From assembly GCF_988243305.1 (NCBI RefSeq), contig NZ_OZ547136.1: a stretch of 64,000 nt of DNA, one strand, 5' to 3'. A program made the translations under genes and the position numbers. This document shows, piece by piece, positions 9,940 through 20,002 of the stretch. Every line of letters starts with the position of its first letter. Within the stretch, counting starts at the first letter, position 1. The notes below the pieces were generated by a model. It had not been told where the DNA came from. It did not search any database and was given only the letters and a program-made list of their open reading frames with translations.

Positions 9940-10823
9940 TGGTAACGCACCTTGCTTTCAACATAGCGGAACTGCACCACCGTCAGCACGATGACGAGGA
10001 ACATCAACACCACCGACTGCGCGGCAGACGAAGCCAGATCCAGTCCGGTAAAGCCTTCGCGGTAGATCTTATAAATCAGCGTCGTGGTAGCCTGAACCGG
10101 CCCGCCGGACGTAGCGGCGTCGATCACCGGGAAGGTGTCGAAGAAGGCGTACACCAGGTTCACCACCAGCAGGAAAAAACTCACCGGAGCGATAAGCGGC
10201 AGAGCAATCTTAAAGAAGCGGCGAATCGGGCCTGCACCGTCGATGGCTGCGGCTTCGATCAACGAACGGGGAATGGATTGCAGCGCGGCATAGAAGAACA
10301 GAAAGTTGTAGCTAATTTGCTTCCACACCGAGGCAAACACCACCAGGAACATCGCCTGACCGCTGTTTTGCGCATGGTTCCAGTCGTAGCCGAACTCAGC
10401 GAGAAAATGGGTGATCAACCCGCGACCGGGATTAAACAGGAAGATCCATAATACGGCAGCAACGGCGGGAGCCACGGCATACGGCAGCAGCATTAAGGTT
10501 TGATAGAAACGGCTGCCGCGCACGATGTACTCCACCAGCGCCGCAAAGAACAGCGACACCAGCAAACCGCTGACGGTGACAAAGGTGCTGAATTTTATCG
10601 TCGTCCAGAAGGAGTCGAGATAGTAGCTGTCATGAAACAGCGTGACGAAGTTATCCAGGCCGACAAACTGGCTGGAGAAACCAAACGGATCGACGCTTTG
10701 CAGCGAGTACCACAACGCTTCGCCCGCAGGCCAGATAAAAAAGATAACGGTGATGATGAGCTGCGGCGCGACCAGCAAATAGGGCAGCCAGCGCGAGCGG
10801 AACACCGGACGGGATGATGACAT
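9936..10823 (-). CDS. ugpA: sn-glycerol-3-phosphate ABC transporter permease
   Basis: 295-aa membrane protein matching UgpA; 4-bp overlap with ugpE. Confidence 0.95.
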
Positions 10824-10845
10824 AGTTAAACTCTTCGTGTTGTGT

Positions 10846-10990
10846 TCCCCTCACCCCGGCCCTCTCCCCAAAGGGGCGAGGGAGAAAGGCGGTGCATACT
10901 TTCCCACCGAGCGAAGTTGCAAACCGACACGGCACCTGGATACCACGCCGATCGGTCCCCTCTCCCTTTGGGAGAGGGTTAGGGTGAGGG
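10846..10990. repeat. Pair of inverted GC-rich REP-like extragenic palindromic elements between ugpA and ugpB
   Basis: 10846-10890 ...CCCTCACCCCGGCCCTCTCCCCAAAGGGGCGAGGGAG and 10955-10990 GTCCCCTCTCCCTTTGGGAGAGGGTTAGGGTGAGGG in opposite orientation; a third copy lies at 30131-30172. Confidence 0.6.
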
Positions 10991-10998
10991 TAAGAGAA

Positions 10999-12315
10999 TT
11001 AAGACTTCGTAGACTGCTCAAAGCGGCGCAGTAACTGGTTCCCACGCTCAACGGCGGTATCCAGTGCCTGCTGTGGTGTCTTCTTACCGGTCCACACGCT
11101 CTCCAGCTCTTCATCCACAATCACGCGGATCTGCGGCATGTTGCCCAGACGCAGCCCTTTGGTGAACGGTAACGGCGGCTTATTCAGCATCTGACGCGTC
11201 GCGGTATCCGCCCCTGGGTTTTTCTCATAAAAACCCTGCTCACGGGTCAGGTCATACGCCGCTTTGGTGATTGGCAGATAACCAGTTTTCTGATGCCACT
11301 CGGCAGCGTTTTCTGGCTTCGCGAGGAAGTCGAGGAACTTCGCCACACCCGTATAAGTTTCTTTATCTTTACCCTGCATTACCCACAAGCTGGCTCCGCC
11401 GATAATGGCGTTTTGTGGCGCATCTTTCGCATCGGCGTCGTAAGGCATCATGCCTACGCCGTAGTTAAATTTGGCGTACTCGCGAATGTTGGCAAGAGAA
11501 CCGGAAGAGGCGGTGGTCATCGCGCAATCACCGTTATAGAACTTCTCAGTGGATTCATCCTTACGCCCGACGTAGCTGAAATCGCCCTTCTTGTTCATCT
11601 CTTCGAGCATAGCGATGTGTTTCACCTGCTCCGGCTTGTTGAACTCCAGCACCGCGTCTGTGCCGTCAAAGCCGTTGTTTTTGCTGGCAAACGGCAGACC
11701 GTTCCAGGCGCTAAAGTTTTCCAGTTGGATCCAGCCCTGCCAGCCGCTGGCGTAGCCGCACTTCATACCGGAGGCTTTCAGTTTTGCGGCATAGTCCGCC
11801 AGATCCTGCCAGGTTTTCGGCGGCTGTTCCGGGTCTAAACCGGCTTTCTTGAAGGCGTCTTTGTTGTAATAGAGAACGGGAGTCGAGCTGTTGAACGGCT
11901 GGGAGAGTAAGTGGCCGGTTTTGCTGTCGGAGTAGTAGCCTGAAACCGTCGGCACAAACTGCGACTCATCGAACTGAATCCCCGCCTCTTTAAACACGTC
12001 ATATACCGGTTTAATGGCCTTCGACGCCATCATGGTGGCGGTGCCAACTTCATAAACCTGCAAAATAGCCGGCGCGTTGCCGGTACGAAATGCGGCAATC
12101 CCCGCGCTTAAATTCTGTTCGTAGTTGCCTTTATAGGTCGGTACAATTTTGTAATCCGGGTTTTCGGCGTTAAAACGTTGGGCCAGAGAATCCACCTCTT
12201 TACCCAGTTCCCCTTCCATAGAATGCCAGAACGGAATGGTCGTCACTGCCTGTGCATTCCCCATTAACGCCAGTCCGAGCGCCAGTGCTGAAGCTGTATA
12301 ATGTAACGGTTTCAT
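10999..12315 (-). CDS. ugpB: sn-glycerol-3-phosphate periplasmic binding protein
   Basis: 438-aa ORF with signal peptide, matching UgpB. Confidence 0.95.
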   Translation of the reverse strand: MKPLHYTASALALGLALMGNAQAVTTIPFWHSMEGELGKEVDSLAQRFNAENPDYKIVPTYKGNYEQNLSAGIAAFRTGNAPAILQVYEVGTATMMASKAIKPVYDVFKEAGIQFDESQFVPTVSGYYSDSKTGHLLSQPFNSSTPVLYYNKDAFKKAGLDPEQPPKTWQDLADYAAKLKASGMKCGYASGWQGWIQLENFSAWNGLPFASKNNGFDGTDAVLEFNKPEQVKHIAMLEEMNKKGDFSYVGRKDESTEKFYNGDCAMTTASSGSLANIREYAKFNYGVGMMPYDADAKDAPQNAIIGGASLWVMQGKDKETYTGVAKFLDFLAKPENAAEWHQKTGYLPITKAAYDLTREQGFYEKNPGADTATRQMLNKPPLPFTKGLRLGNMPQIRVIVDEELESVWTGKKTPQQALDTAVERGNQLLRRFEQSTKS

Positions 12316-12433
12316 CGTTTATCTCTCTTGTTGTACCGAATGCGCGAATTCACGCGTTTTATGCTCGCGGGGTAACATGACATGCTCGAATTACAGAAAA
12401 ATAACTTTTTTGTTACATTTGTAAGATAGTAAG

Positions 12434-12451
12434 GTGTCAGAAAGATGACAA
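12434..12451 (-). promoter_or_regulatory. Pho box (PhoB site) in the ugpB promoter
   Basis: Minus strand TTGTCAT-cttt-CTGACAC, two 7-bp repeats 4 bp apart as in CTGTCAT-N4-CTGTCAT; about 120-135 bp upstream of the ugpB ATG. Confidence 0.5.
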
Positions 12452-12510
12452 GGCGGTGACGGCGTGGGTGAGGGAAAATGGGAGATGGGGCACGGATAAT
12501 GCTACGTTGG

Positions 12511-12542
12511 GGAAAATTAACGCGCCAGAGACTATCTGGCGC
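12511..12542 (-). terminator. Putative rho-independent terminator of the 248-aa TPR-like gene
   Basis: GCGCCAG-atagtct-CTGGCGC hairpin followed on the minus strand by TTAATTTTCCCC, just after the ORF stop at 12548. Confidence 0.4.
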
Positions 12543-12547
12543 AGCGC

Positions 12548-13294
12548 TTACTGAACAATACTCTGCTTCAGCCGTTCATTGGCGGTCTTAATCCATTCCC
12601 GGTGGTGTTTTCTATAATGCGGTCTTGAGCGTTTAGCCGTATCAACCACGGCAACATACTGCTCGTTGGCTTCACGTAACCGACTCATTTTCGCCAGCAT
12701 TTCCGCATAATAAATACGCGCCTGCGGGCCGGGGTAATAAGAAATCAATACTTCAAACTCGCTTTCCGCATCAGCGTATTTTTCTTGTGCGGCTAACGTT
12801 CTGGCAAATAACAAATGCCCGTCTGCCGACTGAAAATCAGGGTTATAACGCATCACATCTTCCAGCGTCTGCTGACAGGCGGCGAACTCCTGAATAGCAA
12901 ACTGCGCCTGCGCCAGGCTGAGCATCATTGCCGCTTCATGGACGAATATCCCGCTTAACGCCTGCTGATAATGGGGAACGGCTTCGTGATAACGCCCCAG
13001 ACGCGCCAGTTCATTAGCCAACGCATAATGGTTTTGATTCGTCTCGGCAATCGCCATTTCTTCGGTTAATTTGCGCAGGTGGCGCTCAGGGTTGACTTTG
13101 TCCTGCAGGCGCATCAGCAAAGTATGCCCGTGACGGTCAGCGCCCGTTTCAGGCAGCATCACTATGACGAAATACGCCACGCAGCCAATCACCGGAAAAC
13201 AGAAAATGATAAAAATCCAGTACCGCTCTTGTCCGGTACGGTAAGCGTGAATACAGCAAAGCAGTTCAAGCATGACAACAACGGCATAATGCAT
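12548..13294 (-). CDS. Hypothetical membrane-anchored protein: N-terminal two-helix PLDc_N-like domain plus TPR-like helical repeats
   Basis: 248-aa ORF; hydrophobic N-terminus YRTGQERYWIFIIFCFPVIGCVAYFVIVMLPE then amphipathic repeats (YALANELARLGRYHEAVPHYQQAL...); lies between the liv terminator and ugp promoter; host-like GC content. Confidence 0.65.
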   Translation of the reverse strand: MHYAVVVMLELLCCIHAYRTGQERYWIFIIFCFPVIGCVAYFVIVMLPETGADRHGHTLLMRLQDKVNPERHLRKLTEEMAIAETNQNHYALANELARLGRYHEAVPHYQQALSGIFVHEAAMMLSLAQAQFAIQEFAACQQTLEDVMRYNPDFQSADGHLLFARTLAAQEKYADAESEFEVLISYYPGPQARIYYAEMLAKMSRLREANEQYVAVVDTAKRSRPHYRKHHREWIKTANERLKQSIVQ

Positions 13295-13370
13295 GGGAGG
13301 GAACCTTTCCGTGGCAAATAAGTGGTCTGGTTTTAATCCTCCCGGTCAGTTGAAACAAGTCTGTATACGG

Positions 13371-13402
13371 ACGAAAAGCCCGGCAGAACGTGGCTGCCGG
13401 GT
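13371..13402 (-). terminator. Rho-independent terminator after livF (end of liv operon)
   Basis: CCCGGCAG-ccacgt-TCTGCCGGG hairpin followed by CTTTTCGT on the minus strand, 11 bp after the livF stop. Confidence 0.55.
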
Positions 13403-13412
13403 ATTCGATAAT

Positions 13413-14126
13413 TTACCCGCCTAAATACGCACTTCTCACCGCTTCGTTCGCCAGTAGTGCATCACCAGTATCGGAGAGCACCACATGACCGTTTTCCAGC
13501 ACGTAGCCGCGATCCGCCAGCTTTAGCGCCTGGTTGGCGTTCTGCTCGACGAGGAAGATAGTCATCCCCTGCTCGCGCAGCTGCTCGATGGTGTCGAAAA
13601 TTTGCTGGATGATAATCGGCGCCAGTCCGAGCGAGGGTTCATCAAGCAACAACAAACGCGGGTTGCTCATCAGCGCACGACCAATCGCCAGCATCTGCTG
13701 TTCACCACCAGACATCGTTCCCGCCCGCTGAACACGGCGCTCATGTAGACGCGGAAACAGTTCATAGACCCACTTTATGCGCTCCTGAAACTGGTCGCGT
13801 TCGGCAAAAAAGCCGCCCATCGCCAGGTTCTCTTCCACCGTCATCCGCGAGAAGACGCGACGCCCTTCCGGGACAATCGCTACCGCTTCGCGCATGATTT
13901 TCGCCGTCTGCCAGTCGGTAATGTCTTTATCATCAAACACAATTCGCCCACTGGTGGCGCGCGGATCGCCGCATAACGTGCCGAGCAAGGTGGTTTTCCC
14001 CGCCCCGTTCGCGCCAATAAGGGTGACAATCTCGCCCTGATTGATATGCAGGCTCACCTCATGCAGCGCCTGGATTTTGCCGTAGTGGGCGCTGACTTTG
14101 TCAAAGGACAACATGACTTTTTCCAT
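13413..14126 (-). CDS. livF: Branched-chain amino acid ABC transporter ATPase
   Basis: Start placed at MEKVMLSFDKVSAHYG (237 aa); Walker A GANGAGKTT. Confidence 0.95.
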   Translation of the reverse strand: MEKVMLSFDKVSAHYGKIQALHEVSLHINQGEIVTLIGANGAGKTTLLGTLCGDPRATSGRIVFDDKDITDWQTAKIMREAVAIVPEGRRVFSRMTVEENLAMGGFFAERDQFQERIKWVYELFPRLHERRVQRAGTMSGGEQQMLAIGRALMSNPRLLLLDEPSLGLAPIIIQQIFDTIEQLREQGMTIFLVEQNANQALKLADRGYVLENGHVVLSDTGDALLANEAVRSAYLGG

Positions 14127-14127
14127 C

Positions 14128-14895
14128 TTATGCCTCACCTAAATAGGCACGGATCACGTCCGGGTTATTACGGATTTGCTCCGGCGTACCGTTTGCCAGC
14201 GGCGTCCCCTGGTTGACCACGTAAATTCGGTCTGAAATCCCCATCACCAGCTTCATATCGTGTTCAATCAACAAGATAGTGGTGTTGTGATGGTTACGCA
14301 GTTCGGCAATCAGCTCATCCAGCTCTTTCGTCTCTTTCGGGTTAAGACCTGCCGCAGGTTCGTCGAGCATTAAAATCTCCGGCTGCGTCACCATACAGCG
14401 GGCGATCTCCAGACGGCGCTGGTCGCCATAGGCCAGGTTACTCGCCTGGCGGTTGGCGTGTTCCAGCAAACCAATGCGCTCAAGCCAGGTGGCGGCGCGG
14501 TCGAGCGCTTCGCTCTGGGCGCGACGGAAAGAAGGCGTTTTCAACAGGCCAGAGAACAGCCCGGTTTTCAGTTGCTGATGCTGCGCCACCAGCAGGTTTT
14601 CAATTACCGTCATTTCACGGAACAGACGCACATGCTGGAAGGTGCGCACCACGCCCATGCGGGCGATTTGCTGCCCCGGTAAACCTTCAAGATGCTGATC
14701 ACGCAATAAAATAGTGCCGCCGGTGGGTTTGTAGAATCCGGTCAGGCAGTTAAAAACCGTGGTTTTTCCGGCACCGTTAGGGCCGATTAACGAGACGATC
14801 TCCTGCGGGTACAGTTCAAGATTGACGTTGTTCACCGCCAGCAGGCCGCCGAAGCGCATCATCAGGCCGTTAACAGATAATAATGGCTGACTCAT
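14128..14895 (-). CDS. livG: Branched-chain amino acid ABC transporter ATPase
   Basis: 255 aa; Walker [10 protein letters not shown]; matches LivG. Confidence 0.95.
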   Translation of the reverse strand: MSQPLLSVNGLMMRFGGLLAVNNVNLELYPQEIVSLIGPNGAGKTTVFNCLTGFYKPTGGTILLRDQHLEGLPGQQIARMGVVRTFQHVRLFREMTVIENLLVAQHQQLKTGLFSGLLKTPSFRRAQSEALDRAATWLERIGLLEHANRQASNLAYGDQRRLEIARCMVTQPEILMLDEPAAGLNPKETKELDELIAELRNHHNTTILLIEHDMKLVMGISDRIYVVNQGTPLANGTPEQIRNNPDVIRAYLGEA

Positions 14896-16169
14896 GCCTG
14901 CTCTCCTTTCGCTGCGCCGTTTTTCAGCTTCAGTTGCGGGCGCGTCATGGGCAGCAAACCCTGCGGACGCCAGATCATCATCAGCACCATCAAACCACCG
15001 AGCATTAACATGCTGTATTCGTTGAAATCACGCATCAATTCGCGCGACACCACCAGCAAAATTGCCGCCAGAATTACCGCAAATTGCGAGCCCATACCGC
15101 CGAGCACCACTATCGCCAGCACAAACGCCGATTCGGCAAAGGTGAAGGATTCCGGGCTGACAAAGCCCTGACGCGCAGCAAACAGCGTTCCGGCAAAACC
15201 GGCAAACGCGGCACTGATGGTAAAGGCAGTCAGCTTGATACGACGCGGGCTTAAGCCCAGCGAACGGCAGGCGATCTCGTCTTCACGCAACGCTTCCCAC
15301 GCACGGCCCAGCGGCATCCGCAGCAGGCGGTTAATGACAAACAGGCTTAGCACCACCAGCAGCAACGCCACCAGGTACAGGAAGATGACGCGATCGGAGG
15401 GATCGTATTTCAGGCCAAAGAAATTACTGAACGTGTCCCAGCCGCCTTCGCGGGCGGTACGGCTGAACTCGAGGCCGAAGAAAGTCGGTTTCGGGATCTG
15501 ACTAATTCCGTTCGGGCCACCAGTGATTTCAGTGTTATTGAGCAGCAATATGCGCACAATTTCGCCGAAACCGAGGGTAACGATCGCCAGATAGTCACCG
15601 CGCAGACGCAGCACCGGAAAGCCGAGCAGGAAGCCCGCCGCCGCCGCCATTAACCCGGCAATCGGCAGACAGGTCCAGAAGCCCAGACCGTAATAGTGAT
15701 TGAGCAGCGCAAAAGTGTAAGCGCCGATGGCGTAAAAGCCGCCGTACCCCAGCACCAGCAGACCAGAAAGACCTACCACCACGTTCAGCCCGAGGCCAAG
15801 GATAATGTAGATCATGGTCAGGGTGGCAATATCCACCGTCCCGCGTGAAACCATAAACGGCCACGCCACCGCAAGCACCAACAGCGCCACGAGGAACAGT
15901 TTCTGTTTCACCGTGGAGCCATCAATCGCGGGCAGAATAAACTTCGGTCCGGAAACGCTTTTCAGCCCTTTCTGGAAAGCCGGTCGCAAAAGCTGGAAGA
16001 AAAAGACCACCGCCGTGCCGATAAACACCCACTGCCAACGGATGTCTGAAGCCGTGTCGACCACCAGTTTGGTGCCATCCAGCTCCAGTTGCACGCCCAT
16101 AAAGACGCCAGCGAGGACAAAGAACATCGCGGCAGAGAGCAACGCCATTGCAATATGCATCGGTTTCAT
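14892..16169 (-). CDS. livM: Branched-chain amino acid ABC transporter permease
   Basis: 425-aa polytopic membrane protein matching LivM. Confidence 0.95.
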   Translation of the reverse strand: MKPMHIAMALLSAAMFFVLAGVFMGVQLELDGTKLVVDTASDIRWQWVFIGTAVVFFFQLLRPAFQKGLKSVSGPKFILPAIDGSTVKQKLFLVALLVLAVAWPFMVSRGTVDIATLTMIYIILGLGLNVVVGLSGLLVLGYGGFYAIGAYTFALLNHYYGLGFWTCLPIAGLMAAAAGFLLGFPVLRLRGDYLAIVTLGFGEIVRILLLNNTEITGGPNGISQIPKPTFFGLEFSRTAREGGWDTFSNFFGLKYDPSDRVIFLYLVALLLVVLSLFVINRLLRMPLGRAWEALREDEIACRSLGLSPRRIKLTAFTISAAFAGFAGTLFAARQGFVSPESFTFAESAFVLAIVVLGGMGSQFAVILAAILLVVSRELMRDFNEYSMLMLGGLMVLMMIWRPQGLLPMTRPQLKLKNGAAKGEQA

Positions 16170-17092
16170 ACTTTCTCTACCTCCGGGCGACCCAGAATAC
16201 CGGTCGGCATCACCAGCAACACAAGAATCAGCAGGGCGAATGAGACCACATCTTTATATTCCGTACTCAGATAGGCAGAAGAGAGCGCCTCCGCAATCCC
16301 CAGGATCAGCCCGCCAATCATCGCTCCCGGAATGCTGCCAATCCCACCGAGCACCGCAGCGGTAAAGGCTTTCATCCCGGCCATAAAGCCGATGTAGGGG
16401 TTAATGACGCCGTAGAACTGACCGAGTAGCACACCCGCCACCGCCGCCATCGCCGCGCCAATCACAAAGGTCAGCGCAATCACCCGATCGGTGTTGATGC
16501 CAAGCAGGCTCGCCATTTTCAGATCTTCCGCGCAGGCACGGCAGGCGCGCCCCATACGGGAATAGCGAATGAAAATCGTCAGCGCCAGCATGGCGAGGAA
16601 AGTAACAATCCATATCACCGCCTGCATGGTGGTAATAGAGGCAGAGAAGTTTTCGCTATGGCCCACCACCCACTGACCGTTAAACAGACTGGGCAGCGCC
16701 ACGTCGCGCGAACCTTCGGTCAGACTGACATAGTTTTGCAGGAAGATGGACATGCCGATTGCGGAAATGAGCGCAATCAGGCGCTTAGAGTTACGCACCG
16801 GGCGATAGGCCACCCGTTCGATACTCCAGCCGTAGGCGCTGGCAATGACGATTGCGCCGACGAATCCCGCCGCCACCAGTAGCCAGCCGGTATCAATGCC
16901 CAGCATCATCAGTGCGGCGATGATCATAAAGGAGACATAGCTACCAATCATATAAACCTCGCCGTGGGCGAAGTTGATCATGCCGATAATGCCGTAAACC
17001 ATGGTGTAGCCGATGGCTATCAGCGCGTAGGTACTGCCCAGCGTGACGCCGTTAAACATCTGCTGCAAGAAATACAAAAACTGCTCAGACAT
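16166..17092 (-). CDS. livH: Branched-chain amino acid ABC transporter permease
   Basis: 308-aa membrane protein matching LivH. Confidence 0.95.
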   Translation of the reverse strand: MSEQFLYFLQQMFNGVTLGSTYALIAIGYTMVYGIIGMINFAHGEVYMIGSYVSFMIIAALMMLGIDTGWLLVAAGFVGAIVIASAYGWSIERVAYRPVRNSKRLIALISAIGMSIFLQNYVSLTEGSRDVALPSLFNGQWVVGHSENFSASITTMQAVIWIVTFLAMLALTIFIRYSRMGRACRACAEDLKMASLLGINTDRVIALTFVIGAAMAAVAGVLLGQFYGVINPYIGFMAGMKAFTAAVLGGIGSIPGAMIGGLILGIAEALSSAYLSTEYKDVVSFALLILVLLVMPTGILGRPEVEKV

Positions 17093-17139
17093 AAGGTAAC
17101 CTTTCTAAACCCGCCCGTTTTTCACGGGCGGTGGGATGA

Positions 17140-18249
17140 TCACTTGGCTGCCGTGGATGAACCGTCGGCGTGCCACTGGAAGACACCAAAATCAAATCCC
17201 TTAAGATCGCCTTTTTCATCCCAGTTCAGCGGCCCAATCACGGTGTTCGCACCGTTAGCTTTTAAATCTTTCACCAGTGCCAGCGGCTCATCGCTGCCGG
17301 TACGCTCAAGGGCAGTCGCCAGAGATTGCACCGCCGCGTAAGTGATCCAGACATAAGGCCCGGACGGATCTTTCTTGTCTGCTTTCAACGCATCAACAAT
17401 GCCCTGGTTTGCCGGATCCTGGTCATAGCGTTTTGGCATAGTGACCAACATGCCTTCGGCAGCATCGCCAGCAATATTCGACAACGACGCATTACCCACA
17501 CCTTCCGGCCCCATAAACTGAGTTTTCAGGCCAACGGAACGGGCCTGGCGCAGCATCTGCCCCATTTCCGGGTAGTAACCGCCGTAGTAAACGAAGTCGA
17601 TGTTTTCTTTTTTCAGGCGGGCGATCAGCGCGGAGAAATCTTTCTCCCCGGCGGTAATACCGTCGAAGAAAACGACGTTGGCATTGGCTGCTTTCAATCC
17701 GTCCTGCACCGAACGCGCCAGCCCTTCACCATACTGTTGTTTGTCGTGAATGATCGCGATGCGCTGGGGCTTCACCGTCTCAAGAATGTATTTTGCCGCC
17801 GTTGGCCCCTGGGAAGAGTCCAGCCCGGCAGTGCGCATGATGTGTTGATAACCGCGTTGGGTCAGCTCCGGGTTGGTCGCTCCCGGCGAGATCATCAGAA
17901 TACCTTCGTCTTCGTAGATATCTGAAGCAGGCTGGGTAGAGGAGGAACACAGATGGCCGATGACGTATTTAATGCCGTCGTTAACGATTTTGTTGGCGAC
18001 CGCAACGGCTTGTTTCGGATCGCAGGCGTCGTCATATTCCACGCCCACCAGCTTATCGCCCTTAATTCCCCCTTTGGCATTAATGTCTTTAATGGCCTGA
18101 CGCGCGCCGTTAAATTCCATATCGCCCCACTGAGCAATCGGACCGGACATCGCGCCGACAACGGCAACTTTAATATCATCGGCTAAAGCGGTGTGTGAAA
18201 TTGCCAGTGCAATCATCCCTGCGATGATAGTTTTCGCATTCCGTTTCAT
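17140..18249 (-). CDS. livK: Leucine-specific periplasmic binding protein
   Basis: Start placed at [11 protein letters not shown] (369 aa, signal peptide); paralog of livJ. Confidence 0.9.
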   Translation of the reverse strand: MKRNAKTIIAGMIALAISHTALADDIKVAVVGAMSGPIAQWGDMEFNGARQAIKDINAKGGIKGDKLVGVEYDDACDPKQAVAVANKIVNDGIKYVIGHLCSSSTQPASDIYEDEGILMISPGATNPELTQRGYQHIMRTAGLDSSQGPTAAKYILETVKPQRIAIIHDKQQYGEGLARSVQDGLKAANANVVFFDGITAGEKDFSALIARLKKENIDFVYYGGYYPEMGQMLRQARSVGLKTQFMGPEGVGNASLSNIAGDAAEGMLVTMPKRYDQDPANQGIVDALKADKKDPSGPYVWITYAAVQSLATALERTGSDEPLALVKDLKANGANTVIGPLNWDEKGDLKGFDFGVFQWHADGSSTAAK

Positions 18250-18672
18250 AGTCAAAAATCCCCACTCGTAATGTTGTGTTGCTTTGTTTTTATGTGTTAA
18301 CAAATCAGGCTGTTCTTTTTTTATACTGCGCTGTTTTTACCTGTCTGATTAAGGGTTTAGCGCAGTATTTTGTGATAATAGCGATTAAAATCCCTATTTT
18401 TCAGTCGATTAAGAACAGATAATATTCTGAATTAATTGATAGATAAACAGAAAAAAGCACCGTTGTCAGCATAAAATAACGGAACAAAGGGCAGAATAAT
18501 TCACTACCATTCAGGGGATTATGCTGGACATTTTTCATTCTCTAATGTTTTAACTTTGTAATTATTGCTGAAAAAAAATTAATCACCTGCCAAAAGAAAT
18601 AAAAAAGAGAAAGCCTCCGATTAAATTATTTCGCTACACTGGTTCCTCTTTTGTGATTTACACGGGTTACCC

Positions 18673-19056
18673 ATGAAGCTGACCATCATTCGATTAGAAA
18701 ACTTTAGCGACCAGGACCGGATTGACCTGCAAAAGATCTGGCCGGAGTATTCCCCTTCCTCTTTACAGGTTGACGATAACCACCGTATCTACGCCGCGCG
18801 TTTTAACGAGCGCCTCCTAGCGGCCGTGCGGGTAACCTTAAGCGGCACCGAGGGGGCACTGGATTCTCTACGTGTGCGGGAAGTCACCCGCCGTCGCGGT
18901 GTGGGGCAATATCTGCTGGAAGAGGTTTTGCGTACCAATCCTGGCGTTTTAGGCTGGTGGATGGCGGATGCTGGCGTGGAAGATCGCGGTGTGATGACGG
19001 CGTTTATGCAGGCGCTGGGGTTTACGGCACAACAGGGCGGCTGGGAGAAGCGTTAA
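18673..19056 (+). CDS. panM: PanD maturation factor (PanZ/PanM)
   Basis: 127-aa ORF MKLTIIRLENFSDQDRIDLQKIW... matching E. coli PanM/YhhK. Confidence 0.9.
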   Translation: MKLTIIRLENFSDQDRIDLQKIWPEYSPSSLQVDDNHRIYAARFNERLLAAVRVTLSGTEGALDSLRVREVTRRRGVGQYLLEEVLRTNPGVLGWWMADAGVEDRGVMTAFMQALGFTAQQGGWEKR

Positions 19057-19580
19057 TCGCTCTGTGTAAAAAGCAGTTCAATGGATTTGGTTGGGAAAAA
19101 TAACGCATTTTCGTTTTCTCCGACCAGCGGGATAAAGCCCAGCGACTGATAAAACGTATGGGCTTTTTCATTCAGCGCCTCGACAAAAAGACCGTGAATA
19201 CCTACCGCTAAAGAGGCTGACCAGACGACTTTCATGGCATGAGCAACCAGTGTTGCTCCCCATCCCTGTCCCTGTAATGAACGATCAATTGCCAGACGCC
19301 CAAGAGTGACGCTGGGAATATTTTTGTAGGGAATTTTTTTCTGTTTCGATTTCGAGGGCAATGCGGCTCGTTCAAAACAACTGCCGGATAATGTGTAATA
19401 TCCCAGGACCTGACGTTCTGGAGTGTTGCGACAAAGGATATACGCTCGCAGAATTTTATTGCGATGTTGACGAATCAGATGTGCCGTCAGAAAGAGATTT
19501 AACGCTTCCTCGCCGCAGTCGAATCGCTGTAGATCATAATCTGCATCATCGGTCAGAATCTCTATCGTCAGATCATCCAT
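19053..19580 (-). CDS. ataT: GNAT-family acetyltransferase toxin of a type II TA system (AtaT/TacT/ItaT family)
   Basis: 175-aa ORF MDDLTIEILTDDADYDLQRFDCGEEALN...; immediately downstream of a DUF1778-like gene; resembles AtaT of E. coli O157 as recalled. Confidence 0.75.
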   Translation of the reverse strand: MDDLTIEILTDDADYDLQRFDCGEEALNLFLTAHLIRQHRNKILRAYILCRNTPERQVLGYYTLSGSCFERAALPSKSKQKKIPYKNIPSVTLGRLAIDRSLQGQGWGATLVAHAMKVVWSASLAVGIHGLFVEALNEKAHTFYQSLGFIPLVGENENALFFPTKSIELLFTQSD

Positions 19581-19586
19581 AAATGA

Positions 19587-19853
19587 TTACATTCCCTGAA
19601 GACGTTTTGTCGCACGTTTTAGCTTTTCACCTGGCGACGGTGGATTACTCAGCGCATCCATCACCCGCGTCCAGGATTCCTCATTGAGGATCACCCGCCG
19701 ATGCTGTTCAATCACTTCCGCAGCCCGCTGCGAAGCGCTGTTCAACATAAATTGGCTGACGGACTGATTAGATATCGCTGCCGCTTCCTCAATCATACTT
19801 TTGTCATCGTCAGTTAAACGCAGATCGATACGCTGCTTTTTAACAGCAGACAT
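19587..19853 (-). CDS. ataR: DUF1778 antitoxin (AtaR/TacA family)
   Basis: 88-aa ORF MSAVKKQRIDLRLTDDDKSMIEEAAAISNQSVSQF...; upstream of and co-oriented with the GNAT toxin gene. Confidence 0.75.
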   Translation of the reverse strand: MSAVKKQRIDLRLTDDDKSMIEEAAAISNQSVSQFMLNSASQRAAEVIEQHRRVILNEESWTRVMDALSNPPSPGEKLKRATKRLQGM

Positions 19854-19950
19854 GTGAACTCTCCTGCTCCGTATAATATGTACGGCATATCACCGTACAA
19901 TAAGCATATCCTGGATTGTTTAATCTTTCTACAACCATTTCGACAAACAC

Positions 19951-19983
19951 AAAAAAACCCGATGGACGTTAAGCGCATCGGGC
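19951..19983 (-). terminator. Rho-independent terminator after livJ
   Basis: CCCGATGCGCTTAACGTCCATCGGG hairpin followed by T7 on the minus strand, 20 bp after the livJ stop. Confidence 0.6.
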
Positions 19984-20002
19984 ATTTTCATTTATCTATC
20001 TG

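Noticed and set aside
9939-10817. Plus-strand ORFs of 170 and 105 aa, rich in His/Arg/Gln
   Set aside because: Antisense to ugpA; the composition reflects the reverse complement of membrane-protein codons.
10846-10990. Possible CRISPR array suggested by repeated GC-rich palindromes
   Set aside because: Only two adjacent copies, in inverted rather than direct orientation and without regular spacers; the third copy is 19 kb away and no cas genes are present. Better explained as REP-like elements.
10837-11120. Short ORFs on both strands spanning the ugpA-ugpB REP region
   Set aside because: They run through palindromic repeat sequence and into ugpB antisense; low-complexity translations typical of REP elements.
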